From IMG/VR virus record IMGVR_UViG_3300038555_000005, positions 1 through 52,926 of that record: a stretch of 52,926 nucleotides of DNA, one strand, 5' to 3'. The first letter of the stretch is position 1. Every line of letters starts with the position of its first letter. Below are positions 35,661 through 45,687 of the stretch, piece by piece. Source of the stretch: a virus. Lineage: Duplodnaviria; Caudoviricetes. The position numbers and the translations under genes are program-made. Below the pieces are notes generated by a model. That model had not been told where the DNA came from. It was given only the letters and a program-made list of their open reading frames with translations, and made no database searches.

Positions 35661-36148
35661 GCCGCTTCCTTCCATTCGGCCGGACGGGCGTCCGGGTTGT
35701 CGATGTCGTCGTCGTCCCAGGCGAGCGGCGGCGCCCACCCTTCGCGGAAGGCGCGGGCCTTCGTCTTGGCGACGACGATCCGTTCCTCGCGCGTGGCCGG
35801 TCGGGGCGGGGTCGCCCACATCTCCTCGTACGCCGCTGCGACTGCGTCCGCCGTTGCTCGCGTGACCGTGGCGCGAGCGGCGATGTCCCGGCCCCGCCCG
35901 AGGCCCGCACGCTTTGCCGTCGTCTGGAACGACCAGCCCATGCACGCGAGCGCCTGCATGCGTCGGACCATGCCCGTCGCGTCGACGTGACCGAACGGCA
36001 TCGGGCGGCCCGCAGCGTGCTGGTGGCGACGCCAGTACTGGTAGTCCGTGTTCGCCTGTCGGCAGTCAGCGCACCGGCAGCGGTGGCCCATGTAGCAGGT
36101 GAGGTTCTCGCCATGGCGGTGCTCCGATGGGCAGACATGCTCATGCAT
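35657..36148 (-). CDS. Hypothetical DNA-binding protein
   Basis: HG..CY..CRC.DC zinc motif, RRMQAL..MGW, PPLAWDD..IDNP. Confidence 0.75.
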   Translation of the reverse strand: MHEHVCPSEHRHGENLTCYMGHRCRCADCRQANTDYQYWRRHQHAAGRPMPFGHVDATGMVRRMQALACMGWSFQTTAKRAGLGRGRDIAARATVTRATADAVAAAYEEMWATPPRPATREERIVVAKTKARAFREGWAPPLAWDDDDIDNPDARPAEWKEAA

Positions 36149-36344
36149 GGAGCACCTCCCGTCCGAGTGAGCGATCCAGGAGATCGAGCTGGCGATCGGT
36201 CTCTGCGTCGTACGCCTTCGCCGCGAGGACAGGACCAGGAAGCGGTCGGTAGAGCTCGGAGATCGCGCGGCGCACCCGCAGCGGATCCGACTCGAGCCTC
36301 TCGATGAACGAGTCGAACCACTCGTCAGCCGTTGTGGCGTGCAT
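36141..36344 (-). CDS. Hypothetical protein
   Basis: 67 aa, coupled with neighbours. Confidence 0.55.
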   Translation of the reverse strand: MHATTADEWFDSFIERLESDPLRVRRAISELYRPLPGPVLAAKAYDAETDRQLDLLDRSLGREVLHA

Positions 36345-36982
36345 CAGCGCGTCTCCTCTGCTTCGAGCGCGCAGCGGTCACACGGTAGGGGGTAGCCGGG
36401 GTGGATCTCGCACTCTGGGTCTCGTGTGGGGGTCGGGGTGGGCTTCGACTTGGCGGCTGCCTGCGCTGCGAGGAGCGCGAACTTCGCATCGCCGCAGGCG
36501 CGACAGGCGCGTCCCCCGGGACCCGTGGGCATGTGCTTTGGGCAGAACGGAGGGAGGCTCGAGGGGTCTGGGAGTTCTGCGCGTGCGTCGGCCACCGTTC
36601 CACCGATCACGGCGTCAGCACCGCGTGAGTCACGGCGTGACGCCGGGCGTGACGCCCGATGCGACGCCTCCCGTGACTTCCGCTTGCGCTCTGTTGCCTT
36701 CGCGCGCTCCGAGATGACGTGCTCGCGGGTCGGCTGGTACTCCGCCCAGTCGTGGAAGCGGAATCCGCCCGTCGGCTCAACCTCCCAGAGACCCGCGTTC
36801 GTCAGCTCTACGGCGGCGTCGCGGTCAGCGAGCATCCGCAGGGCCTGGAGGGACACGATCCCGTCCGTGAGCTGCTGCGCGCAGTACGCACCGGCACGGA
36901 CCCACAGAGCGAGGGCATCGCCCGACAGTGGCAGCACCTTCGGGTGCGACCAGAACGAGTCATCGACCTTGAACCACACCAT
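36344..36982 (-). CDS. Replication initiator-like protein
   Basis: WFKVDDSFWSHPKV, L..AGLW, FHDWAEYQP motifs; internal CGTGAC repeats; C-terminal Cys clusters. Confidence 0.78.
   Translation of the reverse strand: MVWFKVDDSFWSHPKVLPLSGDALALWVRAGAYCAQQLTDGIVSLQALRMLADRDAAVELTNAGLWEVEPTGGFRFHDWAEYQPTREHVISERAKATERKRKSREASHRASRPASRRDSRGADAVIGGTVADARAELPDPSSLPPFCPKHMPTGPGGRACRACGDAKFALLAAQAAAKSKPTPTPTRDPECEIHPGYPLPCDRCALEAEETR
36622..36680. repeat. Iteron-like CGTGAC repeats within rep gene (putative origin)
   Basis: CGTGAG, CGTGAC, CGTGAC, TGCGAC, CGTGAC at 12 bp spacing. Confidence 0.55.
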
Positions 36983-37590
36983 CAGCCGACCGCCCTCGTG
37001 CTGAGGAGGCGTGCGCGGGCGGTGTCGTCAGCGATGGCCTTGAGGCGGAAGTACTCGACCTCGCCATAGACCTCGATCATCATGACCATGGCCGTCGCGT
37101 AGCCGATCTCCTGTCGGCTTTCGCCTTCGAGGCGATACCAGCGGCCCTCGTTGGCGAAGTACACCGGCACGCGTCGTTCGTCGTCCACCCAGACGGGCAC
37201 CTTCACGCCCCACGCCTGTGCCTGAGCAGCCCACTCGGCGTTGGACTCGATCCAGCCATTGAGGATGGAGTCGAGCCAGAGCACGTTCGTCAGGCGGTGC
37301 TTGTTCTTGCGTCCGCCCATGCCGCCCTGACGGTGCTGCGGGACGATGCGGTCGCTCTGTGATCCACTCATGACGCAGGCGCGGCCGCGCAGCGCGTCAC
37401 GGCGGTCGAGGGCGAGGATGGTCATCGCGGGTACGCGGTCTGCCACGAGGGCTCCTTGGTGACATGCGCACCGATAGGTGGTGCGGCAGAAGTACGGGGT
37501 CTTGCAGCACGACGGGCGGCAGCGGCCGCGGGGATCGTCGTGCGGGAGGGTGTCGGGGGATGGGCGCGGGTGCGCGAACGCCACAGTCAC
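36982..37590 (-). CDS. Degenerate HNH-like protein (start may be 37425)
   Basis: RRD...CV..G...QHR..GMGG...L.N..WL...NG.IE pattern. Confidence 0.6.
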   Translation of the reverse strand: MTVAFAHPRPSPDTLPHDDPRGRCRPSCCKTPYFCRTTYRCACHQGALVADRVPAMTILALDRRDALRGRACVMSGSQSDRIVPQHRQGGMGGRKNKHRLTNVLWLDSILNGWIESNAEWAAQAQAWGVKVPVWVDDERRVPVYFANEGRWYRLEGESRQEIGYATAMVMMIEVYGEVEYFRLKAIADDTARARLLSTRAVG

Positions 37591-39320
37591 GCGACGACTC
37601 CGAGAGCCTCGTTGACGTCGTCGCCGATCCAGTGGGCTACGTTCACCGCGACGGCGTTGCCAGCGCCCTGCGTCGTCTCGCTCTTGTTCGCCGCCGACGT
37701 GTCGTACTCGTCCCAGAACCGCTGCGCGCGCAGGTGCTCCTTGGGGCCGAGCATCCGGAATCGGACGTCGTCGAGATCGAACGGCAGGTCCCCCTCGTAC
37801 ATCGACTTCGGTCGCGTCCGCTCGGGCACGACGAGGGAGACGTTCGGGCGCGCGACCATGCTGGGCAACGGGTCGCCGACGCTCTTGTTCATGTGCTCGA
37901 TGCGCGCGTAGTCCAGCCCGCCATGATGCTTCGACACGAAGGCGCCCGGCGGAACGGTCAGCCCGTGGTGGCTTCCGCCGGCAGTGACGGCCGACAGGGC
38001 GGTGTCATCGAGGCCCCGGACGGATCCAGTACCGTACAGCTCGGCGATGTACGGCGGCACGACGAGGTTGTGGTGCGCGCCTCCCGCGGTGATCGCGCCC
38101 AGGGCCGTCGCAGCGGGGTCGCTGTTCCGACGCTCAGACCCGGCTTGCTCGCCGTACTGATGCGAGACGAATGGCGGGAACGCCAGCCCATCACCGATCT
38201 TCGTGGAGCGCGTGGGTAGCGGCCCGGCGGCGAGCTCACGAGCGCGAGCGTCGCCGTCGTGATTCACGGCGAGCATGTACGGCGGGACCGCGACGGCGTC
38301 GCCAGTTCCGCCCGCCTGGCGCGCCATGAGCGGTGCGAGGGAGTCCCACGCTCGGTAGTACGAGTCCGGCTCGCCGAAGCGCGGGTGCCTCGGGTTCGCG
38401 GCATCCCAGGTCTGGCCGGAGTTCGCGACCACCGCAGGACGGGCGAACATCCTCAGCCCCACCTCGATGCGACGGAGCGTCGCCGCGCTCAGCTTCCGCA
38501 TTCCCAGCGACGGACGGTCGCCGAGTCGAATGCCGAGGTCGGACCAGTCGATGACGGCCGCCGCCGGGAGGACGAATGGCTCGACGACCTGCAGCGCGTG
38601 CGTGCCTGAGTCGCAGACGTACACGTACTGCGATCCGTACTTCCCGAATCGGGGCGCGCCTTCCGGTGCCGGCTTCTTCCAGTGCTGGCGTGTCAACACG
38701 ACGGAGTCGCACTGCGCGCACCAGCCCGGCGGCGACGGTTCGAGGCGCGGCTGCGGCACCCCCTTCCGCGTGAGCGCGATGTAGATCCGGTCCCGCCACT
38801 GACCTGCTGGCGCGTTCGTATCCGAGTAGATGTGCGCCGCGTTGACGTTGACGATCTTCCACCGGTAACCGAGCGACTCCCACATGCGCAGCCACGGCTC
38901 GAACAGGGGCCAGGATGCGACCTCGACGACGTTCTCGATCAGGATCACGTCGAAGTTGCGGGCTTCCGCGGCACGCAGCGGGTCGTACATCGTCGCCCGT
39001 GACCGCACACCCGCCTCCGCGGGGAGAGGATCGTCGCCGAAGAGCGTCGGGCCCGTCACCGTCACCCGCTTGCGGCCGCCGGCAGGGGAATGCCACGTGC
39101 ATTCAGGGGACGCCCACAGCACCGGCGCATAGGGCAGGCGGCGCATGTCGTACCCGGACAGGTCGCCCTGGACATGATCGGCGTCACGGTGGTTCGCCGA
39201 GTGCACCTGGATCGCCTTGTCCCAGTGGTTGTACGCCGAGACGAGCGTGAACCCCGCCTCCACGAGGCCGCTGCTGGCACCGCCGAATCCGGCGAAGAAG
39301 TCGAGAAATGGCAGGCTCAC
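37587..39320 (-). CDS. DNA (cytosine-5) methyltransferase
   Basis: FAGFGG motif I, SPEC motif IV, ENV motif VI, Q.R.R motif VIII, GNAV motif X. Confidence 0.93.
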   Translation of the reverse strand: MSLPFLDFFAGFGGASSGLVEAGFTLVSAYNHWDKAIQVHSANHRDADHVQGDLSGYDMRRLPYAPVLWASPECTWHSPAGGRKRVTVTGPTLFGDDPLPAEAGVRSRATMYDPLRAAEARNFDVILIENVVEVASWPLFEPWLRMWESLGYRWKIVNVNAAHIYSDTNAPAGQWRDRIYIALTRKGVPQPRLEPSPPGWCAQCDSVVLTRQHWKKPAPEGAPRFGKYGSQYVYVCDSGTHALQVVEPFVLPAAAVIDWSDLGIRLGDRPSLGMRKLSAATLRRIEVGLRMFARPAVVANSGQTWDAANPRHPRFGEPDSYYRAWDSLAPLMARQAGGTGDAVAVPPYMLAVNHDGDARARELAAGPLPTRSTKIGDGLAFPPFVSHQYGEQAGSERRNSDPAATALGAITAGGAHHNLVVPPYIAELYGTGSVRGLDDTALSAVTAGGSHHGLTVPPGAFVSKHHGGLDYARIEHMNKSVGDPLPSMVARPNVSLVVPERTRPKSMYEGDLPFDLDDVRFRMLGPKEHLRAQRFWDEYDTSAANKSETTQGAGNAVAVNVAHWIGDDVNEALGVVA

Positions 39321-41959
39321 GCTGCGCTCCCTTCGAGGTCGAGGAGGTCGAACAGCGTGGGTGCGTTCGCCTGGTTGTCATGGCGGGTGAGGTAGACGAC
39401 CGAGTCGGCCGTGCTCACGGGGTTGAGTTCGGATCCGAAGCCGCGGCGGCCCTGGCGCACCGCTTCGAGGACCGTGGAGCCGAGACCGCTGAACGGGTCC
39501 CCGACCAGCTCGCCGGGGTTCGAGTACATCCGGATCAGGCGGCGTGGGATGTCGAGCGGGAACGGGCAGATGTGCGCCTCGACCTCGCGCTTGCGCTGCT
39601 CGCTGTTGAGGGTGTCGATGCGCAGCACATCGGTCCAGACGTCGTCGCGCCAAGAGCCGGGCACGAGCGACGCGAACGTACCGGGGAGCGCGTTGGCCGC
39701 GGCGAGGCGGTCAGCGAGCGCGACGTGCGCGTCGTAGTCGTATACCGAGCGCTCCGACTGCGCGGTGAACAGCTTCGACCGGACGCCGACCTCCAGAGCG
39801 GCGAGCTCGTCGCCGGACAGCAGCCGGTTCCCGCCCGTGCGCCACTCGGCGGCGGCGTCGATCTGCCACTGGCCGACGGAGTACTGCGCCTTCTCCTTCT
39901 GCACGGGAAGGTCCGCGTACCCGCGGGAGCGGTTCGTCTGCGGCTTGTGGAACAGCAGCACGTACTCGGGCGAGCCGACGCCCATCTTCGAGTGATCCTT
40001 CGCCATCTCCGAGTACGAGAGCCGGTACGTCTGGTTGTTCTCGCGCACGACGTCGGTCGTGACGGTGATCATCCCGAAGTAGTCGAACCCGTGGCCGGTG
40101 TAGTGTGCGATCGCCTCGGCGTGCATGGTGTCGAACGTGTAGACGCCCGTGCCGGTGACGGATCCGTAGAGCGGGAAGTCTTTCACGTGCACGGCGAGGA
40201 TCCGGCCGGGCATCAGGGCCCTATACAGCGATGGCGTCAGATAGTCCATCTGCCACCAGAACTGGCCGTTGTCGTCGACGTGGCCGAAGTCGGCGTAGTT
40301 GGGGGAGTACTCGTACTTGCCGCCGAAGGGGATCGACGTGACGATCAGCCCCATCGAGTCGGCGGCGACGTGGTCGCGCCACTCGACGACCGAGTCGTTC
40401 AGCACGATCTCCCACTGCTGGCCTGACCATGCCTCGCGCTCGACGCCCATGGCGCGGGCGAGCTCGGTGGAGACGGCGGTCGCGTCGAGGCCGAACTCGC
40501 GGAGGATGTCGCTCATCGTGTCGGTGAGCGCGTCGTCCTCCTGCCACTTCGTGAGCAGGTTGTCGCGGACGTCGGACTCGGTCTCGCCGTAGAGCAGGTA
40601 CACGGTGCACGCGCTGGTCTGGCCGAATCGGTGGATGCGGTGGATGGCCTGCACGGTCTGCTCGTACTTGTGCGTGACGCCGACGAACACAGCCGTGGAG
40701 CATTGCTGCAGGTTCAGACCTCGACCGAGCATCATCGGCTTCCCGATCAGCGCGTACGTCTCGCCGGCGAGCCAGGCGCGCAGTTGCTCCTCGACCTCGT
40801 CGTCGGACTGCGCGCCGCGGATCGAGGAGAAGGTCACGCCGAACTCGCGGAGCCCGGCTTCGAGAACGTCCTGCTCGTCGTTCAGGTCACACCAGAGGAT
40901 GATCTGCTTGAGCTTCGATCCGGCGCGCTGCAGGTCGAAGTGCGGCTTGACGATCTGCATGGCGCGTTCGATGCGCGCGGCGAGCGTGTGCCGCTTCTCG
41001 CGTGAGGACTCGACGGCGGACTTCGCGCCGCCGCGCACGAGCACGCCCTGGCCGTCCTTCTCGATCTGGTCGGAGAGGATGCCGACCTCGACTTCGTCCC
41101 AGACGACCTCGAGCGGAGGCAGTGCGTAGCCGTCGTCGGAGTAGCCGAGGTCGGAGGGCCGCTGGATGAAGCACGCCCAGGTGTTGAGCCACAGCATGAA
41201 CTCGCGCTTCTTGTGCGGGTGGATCTTGAGGTTGCCCGCCTTCGAGGAGTCGCGCTTGAAGAACCGCGTGAGCGCCTGGCCGGTGTCCATGATGCCGAGG
41301 AACCCGGCGTAGTGGATGAGCTCCTTGTGCCGGTTCGGCGCCGGCGTCGCGGTCGCCACGAACCGGTATGGCACGTCGTTGAACAGCGGGAGGAACCTCT
41401 GGTACGTCTCCGAGCCGAACGAGCGCAGCACGGCGGCCTCGTCGAGCGACGCGGCGACGAACAGGGATAGGTCGAGCTTGCCGTCCCGCACCGACTCGTA
41501 GTTCGTGACATAGAGACCGGACCACGCCGGGTCGACGTCGGCCGTCGATCGGACGAACCGCACCTCAGTGTCGAGGAGGTCGCGTCCGTCGGCGATGATG
41601 TCGAAGCGCACGCCAAGAGGGGCGACGATGAGCCCGCGGCGGGTTTCGGTACCGAACGCGTCGCGGGTGCCGCCGATCGCGGGGCCGTGCTCGACGATCA
41701 GGCGCAGGATCTCCAACTGCATGACGGACTTGCCGAGGCCGTAGCGGGCGAAAATCGCGCGGCGACCGCCCTTCACCGCCCACTTCACGATGTCGGCCTG
41801 GTGGGGCTTGAAGTGCTCGTGACCGGGGCGCATGATCGGCGACAGCCATTCGTCGCGAACGTCGAACCCGAAGGACCGGTCGAACGCGACCTTCTCGCGG
41901 AGGAAGGACGTGTAGTCGCGGCCGTCGTTGCCCGTTCTCAAAGTCAGAAGAGTGTTCAT
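39317..41959 (-). CDS. SNF2-like helicase / N4C-N6A DNA methyltransferase fusion
   Basis: GLGKS, LDEA, TATP, GLNLQ, QAIHRIHRFGQ helicase motifs; TSIPF and DPFSGLGST beta-class MTase motifs. Confidence 0.9.
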   Translation of the reverse strand: MNTLLTLRTGNDGRDYTSFLREKVAFDRSFGFDVRDEWLSPIMRPGHEHFKPHQADIVKWAVKGGRRAIFARYGLGKSVMQLEILRLIVEHGPAIGGTRDAFGTETRRGLIVAPLGVRFDIIADGRDLLDTEVRFVRSTADVDPAWSGLYVTNYESVRDGKLDLSLFVAASLDEAAVLRSFGSETYQRFLPLFNDVPYRFVATATPAPNRHKELIHYAGFLGIMDTGQALTRFFKRDSSKAGNLKIHPHKKREFMLWLNTWACFIQRPSDLGYSDDGYALPPLEVVWDEVEVGILSDQIEKDGQGVLVRGGAKSAVESSREKRHTLAARIERAMQIVKPHFDLQRAGSKLKQIILWCDLNDEQDVLEAGLREFGVTFSSIRGAQSDDEVEEQLRAWLAGETYALIGKPMMLGRGLNLQQCSTAVFVGVTHKYEQTVQAIHRIHRFGQTSACTVYLLYGETESDVRDNLLTKWQEDDALTDTMSDILREFGLDATAVSTELARAMGVEREAWSGQQWEIVLNDSVVEWRDHVAADSMGLIVTSIPFGGKYEYSPNYADFGHVDDNGQFWWQMDYLTPSLYRALMPGRILAVHVKDFPLYGSVTGTGVYTFDTMHAEAIAHYTGHGFDYFGMITVTTDVVRENNQTYRLSYSEMAKDHSKMGVGSPEYVLLFHKPQTNRSRGYADLPVQKEKAQYSVGQWQIDAAAEWRTGGNRLLSGDELAALEVGVRSKLFTAQSERSVYDYDAHVALADRLAAANALPGTFASLVPGSWRDDVWTDVLRIDTLNSEQRKREVEAHICPFPLDIPRRLIRMYSNPGELVGDPFSGLGSTVLEAVRQGRRGFGSELNPVSTADSVVYLTRHDNQANAPTLFDLLDLEGSAA

Positions 41960-42540
41960 GCGGCGTCCTTCTTGGCGTTGGTGCGGATCGCGACGCAGGC
42001 GCGGCAGCGTTGTGCGCCTGTCGACGGGACGACGTAGAGGTTCGGCCCCTCGAGGCGGTGGCCGCGCTGACAGATCCCGGTGCGGTGAGTGACGATGTTG
42101 GGTGCCGCACTGCGGAGGTTGTTCACCTTCTGCGTCACGGGTTCGAGGTGTGATGGGTTCACGCAGAGTCGATGCGGGCAGTCGTCGTGTCCGAGGCACT
42201 CGCCTGCGAGAGCGGCCTTGCTGTGGCACGTGTGATCGATGTGCCGACCGTCTGGGATCGGGCCGACTGCGAGCTCGTAGGCTCGTCGGTGGGCGAGCTC
42301 CTGGCCAGTCCAGCCGTAGCCGGTTCTTCCGGATGAGTGACGCGTTCCGGTCCACGGCCAGCATGACTCGGGGCCGCGCGAGCGGTCGACTCGCGCCCAG
42401 AACCGCTCTTCGGCGGTTGGGAAGGGGAACACCGGGTCGCCGTACTTGTACCAGCGCTGGTAGTGAGAGCTGCAGAATCCGCGGGCCTCGTGCTCGCCAT
42501 CACATCCGGCGATCGAGCAGGTGCGGGTGACGGCATTCAT
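41956..42540 (-). CDS. HNH endonuclease
   Basis: ERFW.RVD, CWPWTG, AHR..YE, IDHTC, CVNPSHLEPVT...N. Confidence 0.9.
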   Translation of the reverse strand: MNAVTRTCSIAGCDGEHEARGFCSSHYQRWYKYGDPVFPFPTAEERFWARVDRSRGPESCWPWTGTRHSSGRTGYGWTGQELAHRRAYELAVGPIPDGRHIDHTCHSKAALAGECLGHDDCPHRLCVNPSHLEPVTQKVNNLRSAAPNIVTHRTGICQRGHRLEGPNLYVVPSTGAQRCRACVAIRTNAKKDAA

Positions 42541-42830
42541 GCCTCACCGTCCGGATCCGTTGCCTCGACCTCGACCGGGATCGGTGTTGTCAGCGACTCG
42601 GGGATCACCACGACGGCCTCAGGGCGCAGCGGGATGAACGCGGCTTTCGGGAGCCGCAGCATCACCTTCACGATGACCACACCTGGCCGCGGCTGTTGCG
42701 GCCGCTTCTGAGTCATCCCGACCACGCGCGCGCCGCGTACGGCATCGGCGGTGTCGGCAGGGCGGTAGCTGAAGAAGTCGGGCTCGACCTGCAGAAAGAC
42801 TGGCGCGTCGACGTAGCCCCGGGCGTTCAT
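42537..42830 (-). CDS. Hypothetical protein
   Basis: 97 aa, coupled with neighbours. Confidence 0.7.
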   Translation of the reverse strand: MNARGYVDAPVFLQVEPDFFSYRPADTADAVRGARVVGMTQKRPQQPRPGVVIVKVMLRLPKAAFIPLRPEAVVVIPESLTTPIPVEVEATDPDGEA

Positions 42831-43396
42831 CGGCCGACTCCGCTCAGGGCAGCGATGTGCGCGGCGGGGACGGCGTCGATGGGGTGGCCCTCGATCCGCG
42901 CGCGCATAGCGGCGAGCCAGAGGGCGTCGGCTTCGTCGTTCCCGGTGACGTCGACGTCAGGGAACCGGCGGACGGCGGCGGCGAGCACGGCGTCTTTCGG
43001 CGCGTTGCCCTTGCCTGTCGCGTACTTCTTGAGGGTGGTCGGCGGGATCACGACCGTGTCGATGCCCTCTGCGTCGAGCATGTCGCGGACCATCCACCAC
43101 AGCCCGCCGCGTACGTGGGCGCCGGAGTCGTTCGCGCCAAAGGCGGGACCTTCGACCGCAGCGACCGTATGATCTGACGCCGGGAGCTCGGCCCGGATCT
43201 CGGTGACGATCCGCCGAAGCCTCGCGAGCTGATCCGCCGTGCTCTTGCCGTTCGGCTTGCTCGTGACGCGGGTTACGCGGGTGAGTCCGGCGACCGTGAT
43301 CGCGATGCCTGTGGAAGCGACGGACAGGTCGAGGCCGACGAAGATAGGTGTCGGTGGCGTCTGTGTTGCGGGTGCGCCAGAGTAGAGGGTGCTCAT
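42827..43396 (-). CDS. RuvC-like Holliday junction resolvase
   Basis: GLDLSVASTG, AVEG, LKKYATGKGNA.K, DEADA. Confidence 0.88.
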   Translation of the reverse strand: MSTLYSGAPATQTPPTPIFVGLDLSVASTGIAITVAGLTRVTRVTSKPNGKSTADQLARLRRIVTEIRAELPASDHTVAAVEGPAFGANDSGAHVRGGLWWMVRDMLDAEGIDTVVIPPTTLKKYATGKGNAPKDAVLAAAVRRFPDVDVTGNDEADALWLAAMRARIEGHPIDAVPAAHIAALSGVGR

Positions 43397-43520
43397 GATG
43401 AGGCTCCTGCCAGGGAGAGAATTCGGTGAGTAGAGGGGCCGAGCTGCTGCAATCAGCTCGGCCCCCGTTTCGTCCGGGACCGGCACCGGGGGGTGATGCC
43501 GTGGGGAGTCCCGGACGGGT

Positions 43521-44420
43521 CTATGCGGCCGGGCGGCCGTAGAAGATCGGCACGTTCCCGATGCCGTCGTGGACGCGGGTCTCGACGAGCTCCGACGAGT
43601 CCGCGTTCGCGCGCTTCTCGGTCTTCCCGTCGCGGATCTCGGTGACGATGTCCGCGAACGCAGCCTCGAGGATCAGCTCGGGACGTTCGAGCTTGAAGCC
43701 CAGCGACACGCTCCCGCCGCGGAGGCGGTAGCGGAAGTTCGCCCAGATGGAGTAGATCGGGCCGCCGATGTACGGACGCAGCGCGAGCTGAATCCTGGCG
43801 GGGATCTCGATGTCGCCCTTCTGCCCGGCCTTCGCGGCCGTGTCCTCGATGTACGAGAGCTTCACGTCGCCGGAGGTGTCCCGGATCACCGATTCGAAGT
43901 TCACCTTCGTGTGTGCCTGGAACGTGCGGGCGATGTCGATCATCCGCGCGGGCTCGGGGTCGATGACGTCGTTCCACTGGTCGTCGATGAAGTCGGCGAA
44001 CTCGTCCTGAGCGAGCAGCTTGCCGTCGGCGTTCTTCCACGCGAGCCACTGCTTGGAGTGCTCCAGGTCGAGGCTCACACGGTGCTTCTGCCAGCCGGGA
44101 TCGCCGGTCGATTCATCGTGGGAGTCGATCACGGCGATGACCTTGGAGGTGTTCGTGTGTGCGTAGACCTCGGTGTGGTCGTCGGCGTGGCGGTTGACGT
44201 AGGCGACGAAGGATGCGGCGTCGGTGACGCTGCGCTTCGCCTCCTTGTGTCGCGGGTGCTGCGCGTAGTCGTCGGTGTCGACGACGCGAAGCTGGCCTTC
44301 GTCGCCGCGGACGAGGTAGACCTCGCCGACGGAGATGGCTACGCGCTGGTTCTCAGCGGCCTGGTCGGCGAGCTCCGCGACGACTGCCGCCTCTGTCTTG
44401 GTGTCCTCGATGGTGGTCAT
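43521..44420 (-). CDS. YfdQ / DUF2303 family protein
   Basis: SFVAYVNRH, AVID.H, Q.EFA.FI.D, FRYRL. Confidence 0.85.
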   Translation of the reverse strand: MTTIEDTKTEAAVVAELADQAAENQRVAISVGEVYLVRGDEGQLRVVDTDDYAQHPRHKEAKRSVTDAASFVAYVNRHADDHTEVYAHTNTSKVIAVIDSHDESTGDPGWQKHRVSLDLEHSKQWLAWKNADGKLLAQDEFADFIDDQWNDVIDPEPARMIDIARTFQAHTKVNFESVIRDTSGDVKLSYIEDTAAKAGQKGDIEIPARIQLALRPYIGGPIYSIWANFRYRLRGGSVSLGFKLERPELILEAAFADIVTEIRDGKTEKRANADSSELVETRVHDGIGNVPIFYGRPAA

Positions 44421-44800
44421 GCCCCGGGGGCCTCCTTGATCTCGCCGGTGTTGAGATCGACATTCACGCCGGCGTCGCGGATGTCTTCGTCGGTGAACAG
44501 GGGAGCGGTCGCCGGGTCCGTGCGGGACAGGTCCCCGTCGGCGGTGACGAACGCGAGGGCCCCGATGCGGGTTTTCTCCGGGATCTTCTGCGTGATCTTG
44601 TCGGTGACGATCACCGCGTCGAGTCCGCCGTCGGCGGGCTTCACATCCAGTCGGAGCACGAGGGAACCGACCTTCCCGGTGTCCTTGACCGCGGCGACGA
44701 CCTTCCGCAGCGTCTCCGCTGCTTCGATGTCGGTGCCGGGGCGTACTCCCGCGAGCATCACGCTGAAGCTCGGCGGGGCTTCGTTCTCTTTCTCGGCCAC
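44417..44800 (-). CDS. Hypothetical protein (YfdP-like partner)
   Basis: VKDTGKVGSLVLRL...F.TADGDLSRTDP; upstream of DUF2303 gene. Confidence 0.75.
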   Translation of the reverse strand: MAEKENEAPPSFSVMLAGVRPGTDIEAAETLRKVVAAVKDTGKVGSLVLRLDVKPADGGLDAVIVTDKITQKIPEKTRIGALAFVTADGDLSRTDPATAPLFTDEDIRDAGVNVDLNTGEIKEAPGA

Positions 44801-44825
44801 TGATTTCTTCTTTCTATTGGGTGGT

Positions 44826-44957
44826 CTATGCGATCTGGTGGGCGTGCTCGTTGGCCTCAGCCCACGTGGGGAAGAACTCGACGCTGGTGATCGTGATGAC
44901 CATCCAGGGGCGCTCGTAGTCCAGCCAGGTCGGGAGGCGGTGCACGTAGGGCTTCAT
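44826..44957 (-). CDS. Small 43 aa hypothetical protein
   Basis: MKPYVHRLPTWLDYERPWMV...FPTWAEANEHAHQIA; ATGA overlap with upstream stop. Confidence 0.55.
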   Translation of the reverse strand: MKPYVHRLPTWLDYERPWMVITITSVEFFPTWAEANEHAHQIA

Positions 44958-45394
44958 CGCTGCCCCATCCCGAACGAGGCCGTGATCCGCTTGCCGATGT
45001 TCATCAGCCCGAAGCTGCGGTTCTGGATCGCCTTGTGCATCTCCTCGGCGTATCGAAGCTTCTCCTTCGCGAGGTTCAGCTGGTGGCGCTCCTCCTTGGT
45101 CTTGGAGATCGCGTACTGCCGTGCGAGCACCGCACCCGACTTCTCGTGCATCACCATGAGTTCGGAGAACCGGCCCTCGTAGGCCTCCTCCGCGCGGTGG
45201 CGGTCTTCGTAGAGCACGACGATCACCTGTGCGACGTGCTCGATCAGGTCGGCGATGTCGAGGATCATCTGATCGATCTGCCCGAGCATCGGGGCGCCGT
45301 AGATCCCAGACGGGATCGCCAGCATCTCGCGCACGGCGACCTCGGCGGGGGAGAGGCGCAGCTCTCCGGTGCGGCCGTCCACGATGTCCGTCAT
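44954..45394 (-). CDS. Hypothetical coiled-coil protein
   Basis: 146 aa, coupled. Confidence 0.7.
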   Translation of the reverse strand: MTDIVDGRTGELRLSPAEVAVREMLAIPSGIYGAPMLGQIDQMILDIADLIEHVAQVIVVLYEDRHRAEEAYEGRFSELMVMHEKSGAVLARQYAISKTKEERHQLNLAKEKLRYAEEMHKAIQNRSFGLMNIGKRITASFGMGQR

Positions 45395-45687
45395 AGTCCG
45401 AGCCCCTCTCGGATCTCAGGAAGAAGCTCGGTCATGCTGAACTCGTGCTCGGGCGTGAACAGCACCCCGCCGATATAGCCCTGCGCGGCCGTGTCGGAGA
45501 GGACTGTGCCGAGCGTGATGCGGTTGGCAATGCGCTGCTGCTCGACGAGCGCGAGCACGGCCTCCGCGACGGCGAGTGTCGCGTTGTGCTGAACGCTCTC
45601 CTCGAACTCGCCATACGATGCCTGCTGCGCATGAGCCCACTCGACGTGCTTGCGGGCCTCGGCGGCGTGGTCGATGCGATCAGTCAC
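45391..45687 (-). CDS. Hypothetical protein
   Basis: RIDHAAEA...LALVEQQRIAN motif. Confidence 0.7.
   Translation of the reverse strand: MTDRIDHAAEARKHVEWAHAQQASYGEFEESVQHNATLAVAEAVLALVEQQRIANRITLGTVLSDTAAQGYIGGVLFTPEHEFSMTELLPEIREGLGL

Noticed and set aside
41960-42364. N-terminal extension of the helicase-MTase to 1015 aa
   Set aside because: Overlaps the HNH gene; the ATG at 41959 has an RBS and overlaps the HNH stop.
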